From positions 62,001-126,000 of the forward strand of contig ADNK01001082.1 of the NCBI GenBank assembly GCA_000320545.1: a stretch of 64,000 bases of DNA, read 5' to 3'. The DNA comes from Bigelowiella natans CCMP2755. Lineage: Eukaryota; Protista; Cercozoa. The notes below the pieces were generated by a model. It saw only the letters and a list, made by a program, of their open reading frames with translations. It ran no database searches and was not told the origin of the DNA. Positions 25,660-39,577 of the stretch are shown here, piece by piece. The stretch's first letter is position 1. Each line of letters opens with the position of its first letter. The translations under genes and the position numbers were made by a program.

Positions 25660-25779
25660 AATTGAGTCAGATAGGACAGGAAAGAAACTGATGTTTTGAT
25701 CTGCGTGTGCTACAAATGTCACTATATGTTATCACAGCAGTGCAATTAGTTGTGCGAAATAGAATGCACCCGGTATATC

Positions 25780-26620
25780 TTAGATATCTAGATGCGTGGC
25801 TCTAGGGCTTGCAGCGCTGATGCGCTTAATTTATACACATGAACAAACTATCTTTCAGGCATGTAGTAGCAGGCAAGTAATTAATCCATTCAATGGTGAA
25901 TAGAATTATTGCAGCAAGCTTTTTGCAAGCATGCTAGCATGTGTATTTATAAAATTTATTGCTGTCATTGTGAAAATGTCGTACTTTACTAGCTAGCTAG
26001 ACTGCTGTCTAGCTGTGCTCATTACAACTACACAACAGCATTGTGATCTAGCAATGCCGTGCTAGCGCGCGCTTGAGACTTCTGCTAGCCTGCTAGCGTG
26101 TGTTGCGATTTGTAGAGCGAGCCGAATGGTTAGTAGTAGTTGGTCATTATAGACTTGTAGCTAGCTAGCTAGCTAGTAGCACACAATGCACCTACCTACC
26201 TAGCTGACTCTAGTGACTAGCTCTAGAGCTAGCTAGTAGAATGCGAAACGCCGTTGTTAGGCGCTCTAGCGCTTGCTAGCTTGCTACACCTCTAAACCTA
26301 CGTACACGGTGCGTTGTATCACTAGGTAGCTAGATCAGTCAGTGCATGCTAGCATGGATGGTCGCAGGCTAGCAGGGTGCCCATCTAGACATGCAAGATG
26401 CTTTGCGCCGTGATATATCATTCTGCGTGTATGTCTAGGTGAACACTTTAGCTAGCTAGGCTACTGCAATAGAGTAAGAGTTTGGTTGTGTCTAGATCTG
26501 GAGACATCTGAGTTGTGATATTGCGTTTTCATCATCGCTGTTAATTGTCGCACAGCTTCTAGGAAACATCTAGCAGACGCATACTCGATCATGCTCATGC
26601 TCGCATGATATAGCGTAGCA
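25780..26620. other. CTAG-rich convergent intergenic zone
   Basis: Many gctagc, (ctag)n and tctaga words lie between the beta-galactosidase stop (25659) and the ORC3 stop (26712). Confidence 0.7.
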
Positions 26621-26711
26621 TCATGAAGAAATTTTCACCCCCCTGGTCATCTACTTCATTTGTATTTAGAATTCACATTCGCACATCACTACAGCATACA
26701 TCATTGCTGTT

Positions 26712-27053
26712 CTACAAAGTTGGGCGATAAGACGAGAGCTGCTGTACGTGGTCAATCTTGCGTGAAGAGGGTTTTATCAACCCCATGTACTGAAGCTCAC
26801 TAGAGGCCTGCATGAAACGAGCCTGTTGAAGCAAAGAAATCATAAATTTAAGACATTCGCAACACCAAGCTAGTACAAGTAGAGATCCACATTGATTGAA
26901 TAGAGTCGTGCGAGTTTATGTACAGAGCACATATACAAACCAAAATGCAAGCAGCCGTAAACTACTCGGTTTTGATGAGAAGAACTGACCTGTAACTCTT
27001 TAGTGCTGAATTTCTGGCCATGGACTACAGCGAAGGCCTTAAACACACACACA

Positions 27054-27088
<35 letters not shown>

Positions 27089-29065
27089 TGTTACATCAAA
27101 CAATATGGTGAATATCCAACCAACCAACTAGCAAAACCAACCATTTTGTATCTACATTACAAAGACGGAGTTCTTTCCTTCTCTTTTCTTCTTGTACCTT
27201 ATACCAATCCGCGAGGTTCACAGATTGTCCCATTTCCATCAGAATTCCATGCGATATGCACACATCTTCCATTTCCGATGTCAAAACGTTGTCATCACTC
27301 TTGCGTCTTCTCTTGACGTTTCCTCCTCCTTGCTCACTCTCCAGGTAACTGAGAAATGAGATTGAAGTTAGGTAAGAATTTCTATCACCACTTGAATAAC
27401 AGTATTGGTAGATTGGAAGAGGAGGAGGGGGAGGAGGAGGGGGAGGAGGAGGAAAGGATGAGTAGTAGCAGTGAGAAACACAATACCCGTGAGGCCTTGC
27501 GAGCCCTCTATGTATAGCCCTTTGAGGCCGTAGATCGAGCATATGCGTATCGAAGCGAAACCCTGGCCACCCTCCTACCTCTGCTGCGCCCACCCCAATT
27601 TCTTGGCATTGTGCTCGAAAGGTGAAAATCTCGTAAAGGGGTAAGCTATGCAAAGGCGTTAGCATTCCTTCGCAGATTTCCTAAGGTGGCAATGACGATA
27701 ACGATGATGATAATGATGATGATGATGATGATGACTTTGGTATTGAATATGCTCATTAGAAAGTTCTTTTTGTCCTCCTCCTTCTCTTTTTACTACTTCC
27801 CCTTAATTGACTCGTGCATTATGATAGCATGGCAATACTACCCTGAGGAATGATACGGCTTTGCGGTTGATAGATTGCCGCGTCTCTTTTGTCGATTTTG
27901 CAAGCTGAAGGAAGAAGAAAGGAAGGAGGAGATAAGAAGGGGAGGGAGAGCAGAAGAACAACATAGCGTTAGCAAACAAAACAAACGACACTGTATCTTT
28001 TAGTGAGGTGCATTCTTACAGATGCCATAAACAACACTAAATGAAGGACGAAGTAGGTCGCTGCATGACAAAACCATCATGCATCATTTATTGATACTGC
28101 CCCAAAAATGGCGCCTGCATGCTGTCCAACCCCCCTCCCTTTTTTGTCGGAGTCGTCGTATAAATGAACCCTTCCTCCCTAGTCTCCATCCATGCTGTAA
28201 GTGCACAACAGCAAATACGAAGTAGTGTAGATTAAACGTGCCTGCAAGAGGGCCGATCGACGTTTCTTTGGATTTTTAATTCTTTTTCGGGTTGTTGTCG
28301 CGGAAGAGGCTGCCTTCCTCATCAGCTCCAAATGAGTCTTCTTATCCTCTCCAGATTCAAGGCGACGAATATCGTCCAGCATGCCCTTCAAGCTTTCCTT
28401 CAACCTTGTAGGTGTAGTAGTAATAGCATCACTTCGTGTTTATGTGTGCGTGCGGGTGGTGATAAGGTGGGTTCGGGTCACGGACTAATGGCGATATTCC
28501 TCTCTTTACTATAACCGTATAAGAACCAATTGCTGCTTTCAACGCACACATCATATATCCCTAAGTAGTAGCTAGTTGTCCCGATGAGGTGAAACAAAGA
28601 AGCGAAACAACAACCCTTGATATTCCTCTGAGAAGACTTGGCAGTGGTGATTGAAGAACTTCACCCAGCTTTCGAGCGTCTTTGCCAACGCAGCTTCCGG
28701 GAGACCCATAACCGCAGCATACATTCGATCAAGAGAAGGGATGCTGGATGCTGTAGAAGACTGAATCTGCAGATAATATAACATATGAATAATGGACATG
28801 TGCGTTTGTGTGTGTGTGTGTGTTGTGTGTGTGTGCGTGCATGCGCGTGCATGTGTTTTATATCAGTGAAATCCTAGCACAGCCAATCGGTCGGTATCTA
28901 CGTGAGTCTTCTTCATCTTCTTCTAACCTGGTGGTAGAATTGCTGTCGTTTCTTCTGTGTATCCCTGCTCTCCTTCTTGTCTCCTTTAAGCACGTATTGG
29001 AGGTAGACTGACCAGACAAGCCTGAATGCTGTGGGAAGCCGATCCCTATGCCTATCAAGAAGAGG

Positions 29066-29105
<40 letters not shown>

Positions 29106-29240
29106 AGCGTAGTAAGAGAACAACTAGTAGTGATCCATGCCTAACCGGTACCGTTTATTATTGTTGTTGCAATATACTAAGAGTTAGTCGCTGAAACCAA
29201 GGATGAGTCTACGATGTCTTTATCCCGAGAATATCCACAC

Positions 29241-29272
<32 letters not shown>

Positions 29273-30809
29273 CCTTTTCTGCTACAATACAGCTACTATC
29301 CCCCCTCCCCCTTTCACAACCACGACTACTACCTTCTGAAGTTCTGAAGCCAAGCATCCACTTTGCTCACAAACTTCTTCTTGCATGTGTTTCTTGGAAG
29401 CTTCTGTGCCTTTACAGAAGGAAGGCTTTGGAGGTAGAGAATGTCCGCATCGTTGAGAGGGAATACTGACGTATCTTCTTCTTCCTCTTCTTCTTCAGAA
29501 CTGCGGGAAAACAACGCACACGGAAGATATTGTTGTCAATAAGAATTACTTTTTCTTTTCCTTAAACACTTTGGTGCAAGCACAATTGTGGAAAATATGG
29601 ATGATGACACGTAAATAATGGTGATGGTGTTAGATGTACTACTGAAGCGTTGTCCGTTTAGAAAGTAACATCGATATTGATAGATCAATCAATATTATAA
29701 GATAGGGAAATTATGCAGGCAATAATACTGCATTAGGTGGTAAAAAAGCAAGTGTAGTAAACATCGGCAGCCAAAACGCATTATCAAAATTTCCCCCATG
29801 CTCTCAAAGTATGCAGCAGAAAGTACCTTCTTCTGCTGGAACGTTTCTTCTTCTTCCTCGAAGCGCCCCGGCACTTGTTTTGCCGTTCTTCGTCATCTTC
29901 GTTGTTGTCCTTTCTATAAGAGACCCGGTGATAGTTGTGGGAGGAGGAGGAAGAAGAAGAGAGCTGTGAGAGGCCCTGTGAGTCGAAGTGAGATAGTAGA
30001 ACTGCACTTAAAGCTTGTCCAAATCCTGTAAAAATGTATGAAACCATCAATCATCGAGTAGCTATTCTTAAAAATATGCCAAAACAGAAAGACGACGTCT
30101 AAGATTATAAACTGGCAAGTACACACAGTTGCAGCCAGTAAATATATGCTCAAAGGTAAAGATACAACAAAACAGAAAGTATTTTTAAAACATTAAGCAG
30201 CTTCCTTGTTTTCTGCGAGCAACAAACCCAAAAACGACAAACCTCACTTACCGGAAATAGAAGCTGTTCTCTCCAAAAAGTCTCTTTGAAGGAACCGCAT
30301 CGTCTCAAAAGGGAGGTGAACAGGACAGGCATTTTCGAAAAATAGTATATCAAACATCTCGTCGAAGATCTCCCTCGGCCTTGGCAGCGTGAAACGCTCT
30401 CTCCACAAACTGCCCAGGTTCTGAGGGGATAACTGGAGGACCCCAGTAGCTGTTGCTGCTACGATGACAATAGGTAGCCCAATCGTGTGCTTGCACAGGA
30501 TGTAGATCACATAGTCGAGTACCTCTGCATTCATCCTAATTAAGAGGAGGAGGAGGAAGTGTGGACATGAAAAGGAAAATTATATGCTTGGAACTTGCCA
30601 TATATCGATAGCATTGGACTCATACAATGATCATAATGATGATAAGAGGAAAGTAAGATAGAAAAATGATGCTGCATGAATGCATTCTCTGATGTTGTTC
30701 GTTACCTTTCGATATCCTCAATAACAACCGCAATTTTTCTAGGAGTTTTGCTTCCAGCAGCGTCGGGAGATAAGAATCGGATTTCGTCTGAAAGTTCCTC
30801 GTACCTGTT

Positions 30810-30843
<34 letters not shown>

Positions 30844-31387
30844 CCAAGTGCCAGACAGGAAGCAGATGTCATTTCCACACAGTCAGTAAATCCTGCAGAT
30901 GCTTATTTCTTACATTATTGGTATTAAATTAGAATGGCATTCCTTCTCACTGACCATTCCTTTAGTGCCTTGATGGGATCTGCCTTCGCCTTCTTAGTCA
31001 AGAACTTCTTGTCGAGTTGATGCATTCGTTGCAGGGAGTTTCTTCTTCTCGTAACAATTCTCTTTTTCTCTGCGTGGCCTTGTCTCAGCAGCTGCCTCAC
31101 AATCTCCGCCATTGCTGCAAGTCGATTTGCCGCACGTGAGGGGGAGAGCCCGGCCACAAACAACCAGTTGTTTGCAGCAGCCTTCTTCTTCTTAAGATTG
31201 TCATCTTCATGGGTGGAAGAGGTGCTGCTATTGCTACTGCTACTGCTACTGCTATCATTTGCAGTAACGAGGTCGCTCCTCCTGACCCCCCCCACGCCTG
31301 AGGTGAGGTAGGCGCGTAGCGAGCGCATTGTCTTCGCATGATCAGCGGTGTTGAATCCTGAGACAACCACCTGAGCAACAGCATACA

Positions 31388-31418
<31 letters not shown>

Positions 31419-32336
31419 CGATGACGATGATGATGATGATGGTGATGATGGTGATGACGGTGATGAAAAAGATGATGACGATATGGTTGATAAAGATATA
31501 GCTTTCATATGGATTAACGTAACGTATGTAGAAGGGCATTGTTTGTGATGAGTGTGTTTTTGTTTTGTCATACGCTCCTTTGTTATCGCACGTGATTGCT
31601 ACTATTATCATTATCACTTTCATCATTGCAACTATTATCATCTATTATCAAAGCTTCCGATCTGTTTTGTTTCATGCCGAATTCACGCCACAGACATACG
31701 CAATTCAAAGGAAGGTAACTGACCGCGGTTGGTAGCTCACGTTCCACGGCCGCAAGTGATCGCTCATCCGCATACCTGCAGTGACAGCCATGTCCTTCAT
31801 ATCAATAACTAGAAGATTACAATTTTCACTTCTTCTCCTCATCACCATACGCTAAAGGTCTGTCTTGTTTAAAAGACGAAGGAATAACGATAAAGTGCTA
31901 GCAACCTTGACTGAATCCAGCCTTTGAGCTTTGTGAAAACCTCGGCCTGGCTGTCCTTTATGATGCCTTCAACAATCGTAGAAACTTCCCGTGTCGTCGC
32001 TTTGTACATATCACTGCGAGCGCGTACCTTTCGAACAAACAAAGCGTAAGTAAAGAAAGTGCTTTCAAATGAAGGCCGCTGTGGCGGAGGAGAAGGAGAA
32101 GGAGGAGGAGGAGGAGGAGGAGGAGCACAAAACAGTGCCGCACGCACCTTTTCGTCTGATTCCCCGTCATAAATCTGGGAAAACCCATCGTCGAGCATAC
32201 CGACTGCACACTTTCTTTCTTCCTCCGACGATTTCCGTGAAAATCGGTAAAAGCCACGTGGGTTTTTGGACAGGGGGTTCCCAACAAGGTAAAAACCATG
32301 GCGATGTGTAGTGGCGGCATGGCGAGGGTCCTTCAT
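26712..32336 (-). CDS. ORC3: Origin recognition complex subunit 3
   Basis: Exons give RELPTA|VVVSGFNTADH, MNAEVLDYVIYIL...LPIVIVAATAT, PLYEIFTF and SVNLADWYK|AF. The C-terminal winged helix reads Q|ARFMQASSELQYMGLIKPSSRKIDHVQQL, characteristic of ORC3. Confidence 0.88.
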
Positions 32337-32528
32337 TTTTAAAGAAAACAACATACGAAGAACGATAAGATGAAGAAAAACAATCGCACTGATCAATTTC
32401 ATCCTATATACATTCCCATAGGATCTGAATAAAATGTCTCGTTCTTCTGGTGTTTATCATGTTGTTTTGAAAAAATAAATAAATAAGTATACACAGAAAC
32501 CATTCGAGTCCTTTAGATTCGTTCAGGA

Positions 32529-33967
32529 TCAACATTTTCGGGGCATTAGAGTAAATTCATGCATTCTGCCGAAGACTTTTTTTACAACCTTGTCCATTTC
32601 CAGCCAGATATCGTCCGATTTAAGCAGGAATTCTTCCTCATCGTTCTTTATATTCTCCTCAAGCTCTTTGTCGACTTCCTTCTCATGCGGAGCAGTACCA
32701 TAATCTCCCTTCATTTCTACTTCCATGGCTCGTCTGCTAACATTCTTCTTTTTCCTGCCCCCACCCCCAATTGTCAGTTCTACGATCTCTGCCAGCCTGG
32801 TATCATCTTCATCATCATCATCCTCGTCGCCTTCCTCTTGTTCTGACTGTTCCTCTATCTCTTCCTCTTCCTCGCGCTCCTCCTCCTCTTCTCCATTCCT
32901 GAAGCGACTTTCCATTTGTTTGGTTGGAGTTGGAGCAGTAAGTTTTGGTAGCATTTTCTTCTCCTCGTTAGTAGAAGTAGCCGCCTTCCTTCGTTTCTTT
33001 CCTGCTACTTTGGTGGTTGGTGTGCTGGGCGGTGCCCGAGTTGTGAATCTTTTTGGCTCTGGGGAGAGTGATTTTCGTTTTGTTTTTCCACTGTTTTTTG
33101 CAGTACTGGAATTTTCTTTAGATTTCTTCGATTTCTTCGATTTCTTCACTCTTCCCTTAACCGTCTTGCTTTCAATGTTTCTATCCAATTCTTCGGATGA
33201 GGAATTGCTGTTCATGTCTTCTCTTCCAGCATCCTTTTCGATGGCGCGCATGAACTCGCATTGGCTAGGGGTGCAGTAGGACGTAGCAGTAAAGGTTTCC
33301 TCTGCCTTTGTTCCACACTCCCATCGAACCTGTGAATACTTAATTTACGCGCTGTTCTCTAACTCCGATTTAAAATGGAGGCGTTCGGATTCTGTGACCG
33401 TATCTAAGCAGAGATTTGTACCAAAAACTATTATAAAATCACCTTGAACGTAGAATCCCCAGTCTTTTTAATGAATTTCCCGACACTTTCGTCCCTGGTT
33501 TACGAGTCACAAATAACACACAAATGCCATGAGATGCCTCTCCTCTCTCTCTCACTCTCACTCTTTCTTTCTTTCTTTCTTTCTTAAGGTATTTTGGTTC
33601 ATCAACCGTGTGGTCCATTGATGTAGTATACATAAATTGTGGGGTGTTATTCTACCTGTGTATGATTCGCATGCCAGATTTAGCGACTTTCATGAAGTAC
33701 TTCGTCCATTCCCTGTCGCTTGAGAAAGCTTTGCGCAACCTTAAAGCTTTGCGCCTAGAAATTAAAAACATGCCCATATAATACATAGCTAATCAAATAA
33801 TTGGATATAATGGCGACTAACCCTCGCTTCTTCTTCACGGCTTCCTTGACAGAGGGGGCTATCTTCGAACGCTTCGAACGTGCAGTCGATTGCTGTCTCT
33901 CATTCATGCTTCGAGCAGGATTTTTACGAAGTCTTTTCTTGATTCCGGTGGACTTTTGGCGGCCCAT
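32529..33967 (-). CDS. Basic/acidic low-complexity nuclear protein with a CPH-like (CUL7/PARC/HERC2) SH3-like domain
   Basis: Four exons read MGRQKSTGIKKRLRK...KKKRG|RKALRLRKAFSSDREWTKYFMKVAKSGMRIIHR|DESVGKFIKKTGDSTFK|VRWECGTK..., followed by a K/S- and E/D-rich tail. The gene model is phase-consistent; the domain call rests on recalled similarity. Confidence 0.7.
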
Positions 33968-34998
33968 TATGAAGAGAATATGCCTTTCTTGCGTCTAAGA
34001 AATATTCCAAAATACAGAGAAGAGGTCACGCACAGTCTACCGACCATTGAGAGGGGGCACACCTATCGTCTGCCGATTGGATATTATTAAGACTCTGTGT
34101 TTGGCGGGAAAAAAATAATTTTGAAAATGTAATTCTCTTTCCATGTACGCCATGGTAAATGTGAAGTCGCATTCATTTATTGTATCAGACGATCAACATC
34201 ATTATGGCTCTCTTACATCATTCGACAATCATACCTTGTTGTCGTTGTACGAAAAGAAAGACAAATTGTTCTGATGATTCGTTGAACTATCATGTTTTGG
34301 CGGGAGGCCTTACCTTCCCGCCAAAAAGAACTACCTCTATTAGCTTAGAACGACACGGTAAAATTGGGATAAAATATATTTCCAAAAAAATCCCAATGCT
34401 TTCTATCCTGACGACTTGATAAAATGTGTCCCATTGCACTACCGATGTAAACTCGTGTCTGGATCTACCTGCCGAAAGAAACTCGAAAAAAGACAAAAAT
34501 GCATGGAGTTTTCATGTTTTCGGCTGATTCCACACATGAGCGGGCAAAGCGATGCTGAGATGAGTACGCAATCATTCACAATTCCGAGTGGTTCAGGCAC
34601 TAATGCAGGGGCACTAAGATTAGACCTAGGATTAAAGCACCGCACCATGTGAGATGCCCGTTTGGCAGGGCGGCACAGAACAAATGACCGTTGGCGAAGA
34701 CATTTTACTTCAGAAGTCATTCGCATTAAAAAGGTCAAGGTTTTTGTAGCCTGGTTGATAGGAAATGCAAATGAATGGCGATGATCCTCACGCGTCAGCT
34801 ATTTGAACATGACGCACGGCAATAATTTCTTACTTGTTTCCGCTGTTTGCGGGCATCATCTCGAAAGAAAGTTGCTCTGTGTGAGGCCTTTCTTCTCCTA
34901 CGACTGATAGGATTGTTGACAATGAATTATCATTCGCCTTCCAGAGTAAGCCCTGCCACTTCTGCACGTCGCTTTAGCGCTAGTTTTCACGCACACAA

Positions 34999-35991
34999 AT
35001 GAAAAAAACTCGCCATGAAAGCACGTCGATGAATACACAGCACAAAGAATCCATTGTACGGATACAGAAACGTAGAAGACGGGCTGAACGTAGAAGAAGG
35101 ATCGAGCGCAAGTCTAAAAGTCGAAGCATAGTCGATACTTCTTCGCCAATGCTTCGATTTGGTCTGGGTGCTGTAATTAGTCGCACAATTTTCGAATATT
35201 CAGCAGACGAAATGATGTTGGGAAGACTTGCGAGATCGTTGTCTCCCAGTAAATTAACGAAATTGCTGAAGGTAAAAAAAATTGAAAGTGGATTGAATTT
35301 ACTAGCCATGGTTCGTAATGGTTTTTCGCTATAAATACAGGGACTTCGGGAACGGCGTGTCGAGCAGATCATAGAGGGTGGAATGCAGAGGGGAAGAATC
35401 AAACCATGGGGGAAACTGGTTGCTACACATGGCTTTAAATCCATCATGTATCTTTGCGAAGATGAAATTACATTAGGAAGGCATGTTAGTTGTAGCTTAC
35501 CAGTATATAGACCAGAGATCAGTGGATTTCATTGTCAAATTTTGAAAGCCCCTAACAGCAATGATTTTATACTCCGAGATATCTCGAAAAATGGAACCAT
35601 ATTGGTTTCATGTGACCCTGGATCTTCAAATACAAAAGAAATAACTCTTAAAAGCAGAGAAATTGCGATTAGCCATGGATCTGAAATAATCCTAGCCATG
35701 CCTCGTGCACCACCTAATGACGAAAAAATTTCCTTTATTTTTACGAAGTTTACGACAGACAAAATTATCTCAGAAAGAACTTCATCTTCGACGATGAGTT
35801 CCTCTTCTATGACAGTGAAGCAGCCAGTTAGTGAAAATTTTTGCTCTCCTTTCTCACAGACACATCAGGAAAGGCTCCTGTCCCCAATATTTGCACTTGA
35901 ACAGGATTTCAGTCTAAGCTATCCGCTGTTTCCTCCATCACGTTCTGAAGACGATGACCATTCCCCTCCGAAGAGGTTAAAAAAAAACTGA
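34999..35991 (+). CDS. FHA-domain protein with two exons separated by a 30-nt intron (35311-35340)
   Basis: PWGKL...ITLGRHVSC...ISGFHCQI...ILRDISKNGT contains the FHA GR, SxxH and NGT motifs. The upstream ORF joins in frame across GTTCGT...TACAG. Confidence 0.85.
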
Positions 35992-36129
35992 AAAACTACT
36001 ACAATTCTTAATATATATTAAATATTAAACCGATTATGAACCAGCATGTTCGATAGAGAACGTTTATTTCCCGTTAGCATGACAACAAGACATTTGTTTG
36101 TGCAACTATTTCGTTATTTTACATTGGTC

Positions 36130-36580
36130 ATGCTATGTACACTGCTGCTGCGGCCTACGACAGTGCGTCTAGCGTGCATCTATCTAGCTAGACGTGCTGC
36201 GCGCGCTGCGCATGCTTTCTAGATCCCATTGCAATAACATCTTAGCCACTCTCATCACACAACATCCAACCTTGGACGTCTGGTTTACATGGCACAGGCG
36301 CATGAACCATGCATAGAACACACATGACACATTAATTTTCATCTATGGCCGGCTTAATTTCGAGCGAGCTTCTGCTTCGCTAGCTAGTGCGCTTATAAGT
36401 ACGGTCTAGCGGTGTACGCAGCGTATCTGCGTGCACTGTGCAGCTGTAGCCATAAGTTGTGTATCGTAGGCGCAACGAGGTTAAGGCCCATCTATCGATC
36501 GATTATGCTCATGCAAATGTATAGTTAATACGATCAGTATGCAAATGTAACTTCACTCGCTAGCTCGCATGATGATGAGG
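36130..36580. other. CTAG/GCGC/CATG-rich zone downstream of the FHA gene 3' end
   Basis: tctagctagacg, gctagctagtgcgc and gcatgc words cluster here. Confidence 0.55.
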
Positions 36581-36890
36581 ATGACGTCCCAGGTGTAAAG
36601 TGTAGGCATGTCGAGATACAGATTCGGCAGAGATCACAAGTAGACCATCTCCAGGACAATTGTAGCGCTCTGCACATGGGATGATATTTTTGGTTTCTGT
36701 TTTCGTTTCATTTCTCTGTATGGTTCGCGGTGGTTATTCCTATTTGGTGGCCGCCTGGATATGTTGAAAGATTATGCTTATTTTTGTAGACATTCGAACA
36801 AATTTCATGATTTTGTGTCACTTTTCTTCCTCAGATTTGGCTAGATATCAACATTCAGTTCCATCTGCATTCAAGTCTCCTAGCGTTAGA

Positions 36891-38445
36891 ATGGAAAGAT
36901 ATGATTCTTATGGGTTGTGCAATAAGAATCATCGTCTTATATTCTCCACTCGAAGACAAGTATTATGACAGTGAAACACTTTTTGAAATTATACCCTTTC
37001 GATTTTTTTTTCTTCATAGAAAATTTAATTTGATCTTAACACTCACGTGTAAACAAACAAAGCAAACCTTAAAAAAAAGGCTTCACATCTCTTTCTCTTC
37101 GAGCCGCTACGTGCAATCGATTTGTAGGAGACACGAATTCAGACTAGCATCCTCTGTTACAGATTACATAGCCTTCTACGAAGATTGAGGCGAGGAATTA
37201 TTTCATTTCATCGGTGACATTGCCCCAGTAAGTCGCTTTGAACATGTTCTTGCCTCAGCAGCTAAACGTTGTCACTATCCCCGTTTGTTAAGTGCTCGTG
37301 CACTATTCCTCCTTCCTCTTATACATTTGTAATCAGCCCAACTACATCTTCAAATGCCGTAGAATGCATAGCTACAGCAAAGCTCATGAAATAAGAATGA
37401 CGGGAGCGGCCAGACCGGACGATTCCGCTCAAGAATTCCTTCGCAGCCTCTTCAGATTTGTCGCAAAGATAAAACAGCCTCAATTTCCCCTATGAACTCT
37501 ATTTCGTAGGAAAATATAGCAAAATTGGGCATGTTTTGGTGTTACGACACGACATAAAAGTTGGAATATTCTATATTATTGCAACTGTTGGGAGTTACTA
37601 CCGTACGTACTGCAGTTAACAGCTCGTTCAAAACGAACAGCTCGTTCAAAACGAATAACGCTATACATGTATATAATGATAGCGTGCTTGTTCGTAATGC
37701 CCCCCCCCCCTCCCCCCGGCGCACCGCGTTGCCTATCTTCTCGCAGTTTTTTGTCCCTTTAAAGAATTGTGAAGGTTCTGCGAGGCTAGCAGCTAAATGA
37801 AGCAGTCTGCAGTGCACGTGCATTTGCAGGAAGATGGGCCTTCAGAGTCGAAATGTACTTATCTGTTGCATTTTTACATACTTGCGAGAAAGACTAAGAT
37901 GACAATATCTCAGCTACCAAAGGCCATATTCCAGAAATATCTAAAGATAACGACGGAATGCGGGCAGGTTAATATAAAAAAATAAATTATGCTAGCTCTG
38001 TGTTATTTCTATCGAAATCTCACAAAATTCCTTCCTCGCTACATTCTTACCTACCATATGACAGCCTACACGAAAAACACATGCTCTTCCTCGGAGTATG
38101 ATTCTGCTCGATTGGCATCGCTCGCAAATTGTGCAGGACTTTTCGGTGCAGGCAGCCCTATGCCAAGTCAGCCTGAAGAACTGAGCAGACCAATGAATAC
38201 GGAAGAACCGGAAACCCCATCTGAAGAGAAAAAGGGACAACGTCCGAGGGAAAACAAAGAAAACTTAAATGGGAAAGAATTGAAGCTGGAGCTAGGAAGT
38301 ATGATGTTAACATGGCAGCACATGCCTCACATAAACAACATGCAAAAACACAAACATGCTAACATATAAAGGACAATACTATGCGTGTATACGTGTTAGG
38401 CAGCGCATTCGTTTTCGTCTTTATTTTGTACATAGAATAAGCAGG

Positions 38446-38483
<38 letters not shown>

Positions 38484-39535
38484 ATATTTTAGATCGACAG
38501 TTGAGTTTTAAGGAGAAGCGACGTAGAGCTAGTGCTCTGCGTCTTCTCGACATGTACGAAGGATATCATAAAAAGAACAACCTCTTTGGGGAACGCGGCG
38601 CCTCTAAAGGAATTGCAAAAAAATATGCAGAAGGTGACATCGTTGATAGCATTGGATACACTTGAAGTTGGCGAATAGACGTGACGACGTTACACAAAAT
38701 GTGCACAAGTAACACACACACACACACACACAAGAGAGAGAGGGGGGGGGGGGGGGGGGGGGGTCAAATCCCATCACTATAACTTGAATTAATATTAACT
38801 TGAGTACCAATGCCACCACCCTTCAGCACGGATGATGCACCAAGTTGATAAGGACGATGAGGAAGATGTAGCTTTGCTACCCCTCTGTACGCCTATAGAT
38901 GAACTCGATGTCCAAGGAGGAGTCCACGCGTACGTTCGCGCTACTGACTGCTACGAATAATCATTACTACTATTACAAACAAGATTAATGATAGATAACC
39001 CAAAGCCTTTCATCTCAGTGCGCGCAGTAGACTTTTAATTGTTTCTATCTCTGCGACAACGATAGCCCATGTGGAACGTTAATGGTTTAAGTTTTTAAAA
39101 TTTAAAACTGAGCAGTGAATCATGGTTATTTTGTGCAGGTATCTGGAAACAATTCAGGGATTAGCACTGATATTCTTGATCTTGTTTATCATCAACATTC
39201 CTTCACTGGTATAACTTCATATCAATCTTCCTGATATTACTATTATCATATATGTACGTGCGTGTTTGTGTGTGTATGTGTGTGCATGTGTGTGTGTGTG
39301 TTTATTATGTTGAACAATTAGGTGTATTATGCCCAAGGAAATAATCTTCAAACATTGACTTCCGTTCTTACCATCGCAAATTTGGGCGAAAGGGGCGAGG
39401 TATTGAATCGGTTAGAGAGGAGGGGGAAGGGAGAGAGAAATGTTGAATCTAACATTTTAAATAATAAATCACCCCTACGTAGCAATGTAATATAGTTGAG
39501 GGAAGAGTTTATAAAAAAGTCAATCATTTATAAAA

Positions 39536-39577
<42 letters not shown>

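Noticed and set aside
32559-33279. Plus-strand ORFs of 95 and 184 aa
   Set aside because: They are antisense shadows of the low-complexity K/E/S-rich exon on the minus strand.
37618-37655. 18-bp tandem duplication AACAGCTCGTTCAAAACG x2, and a similar 24-bp near-repeat at about 62081-62121
   Set aside because: These are two-copy local slippage duplications with no spacers, not a CRISPR array or satellite.
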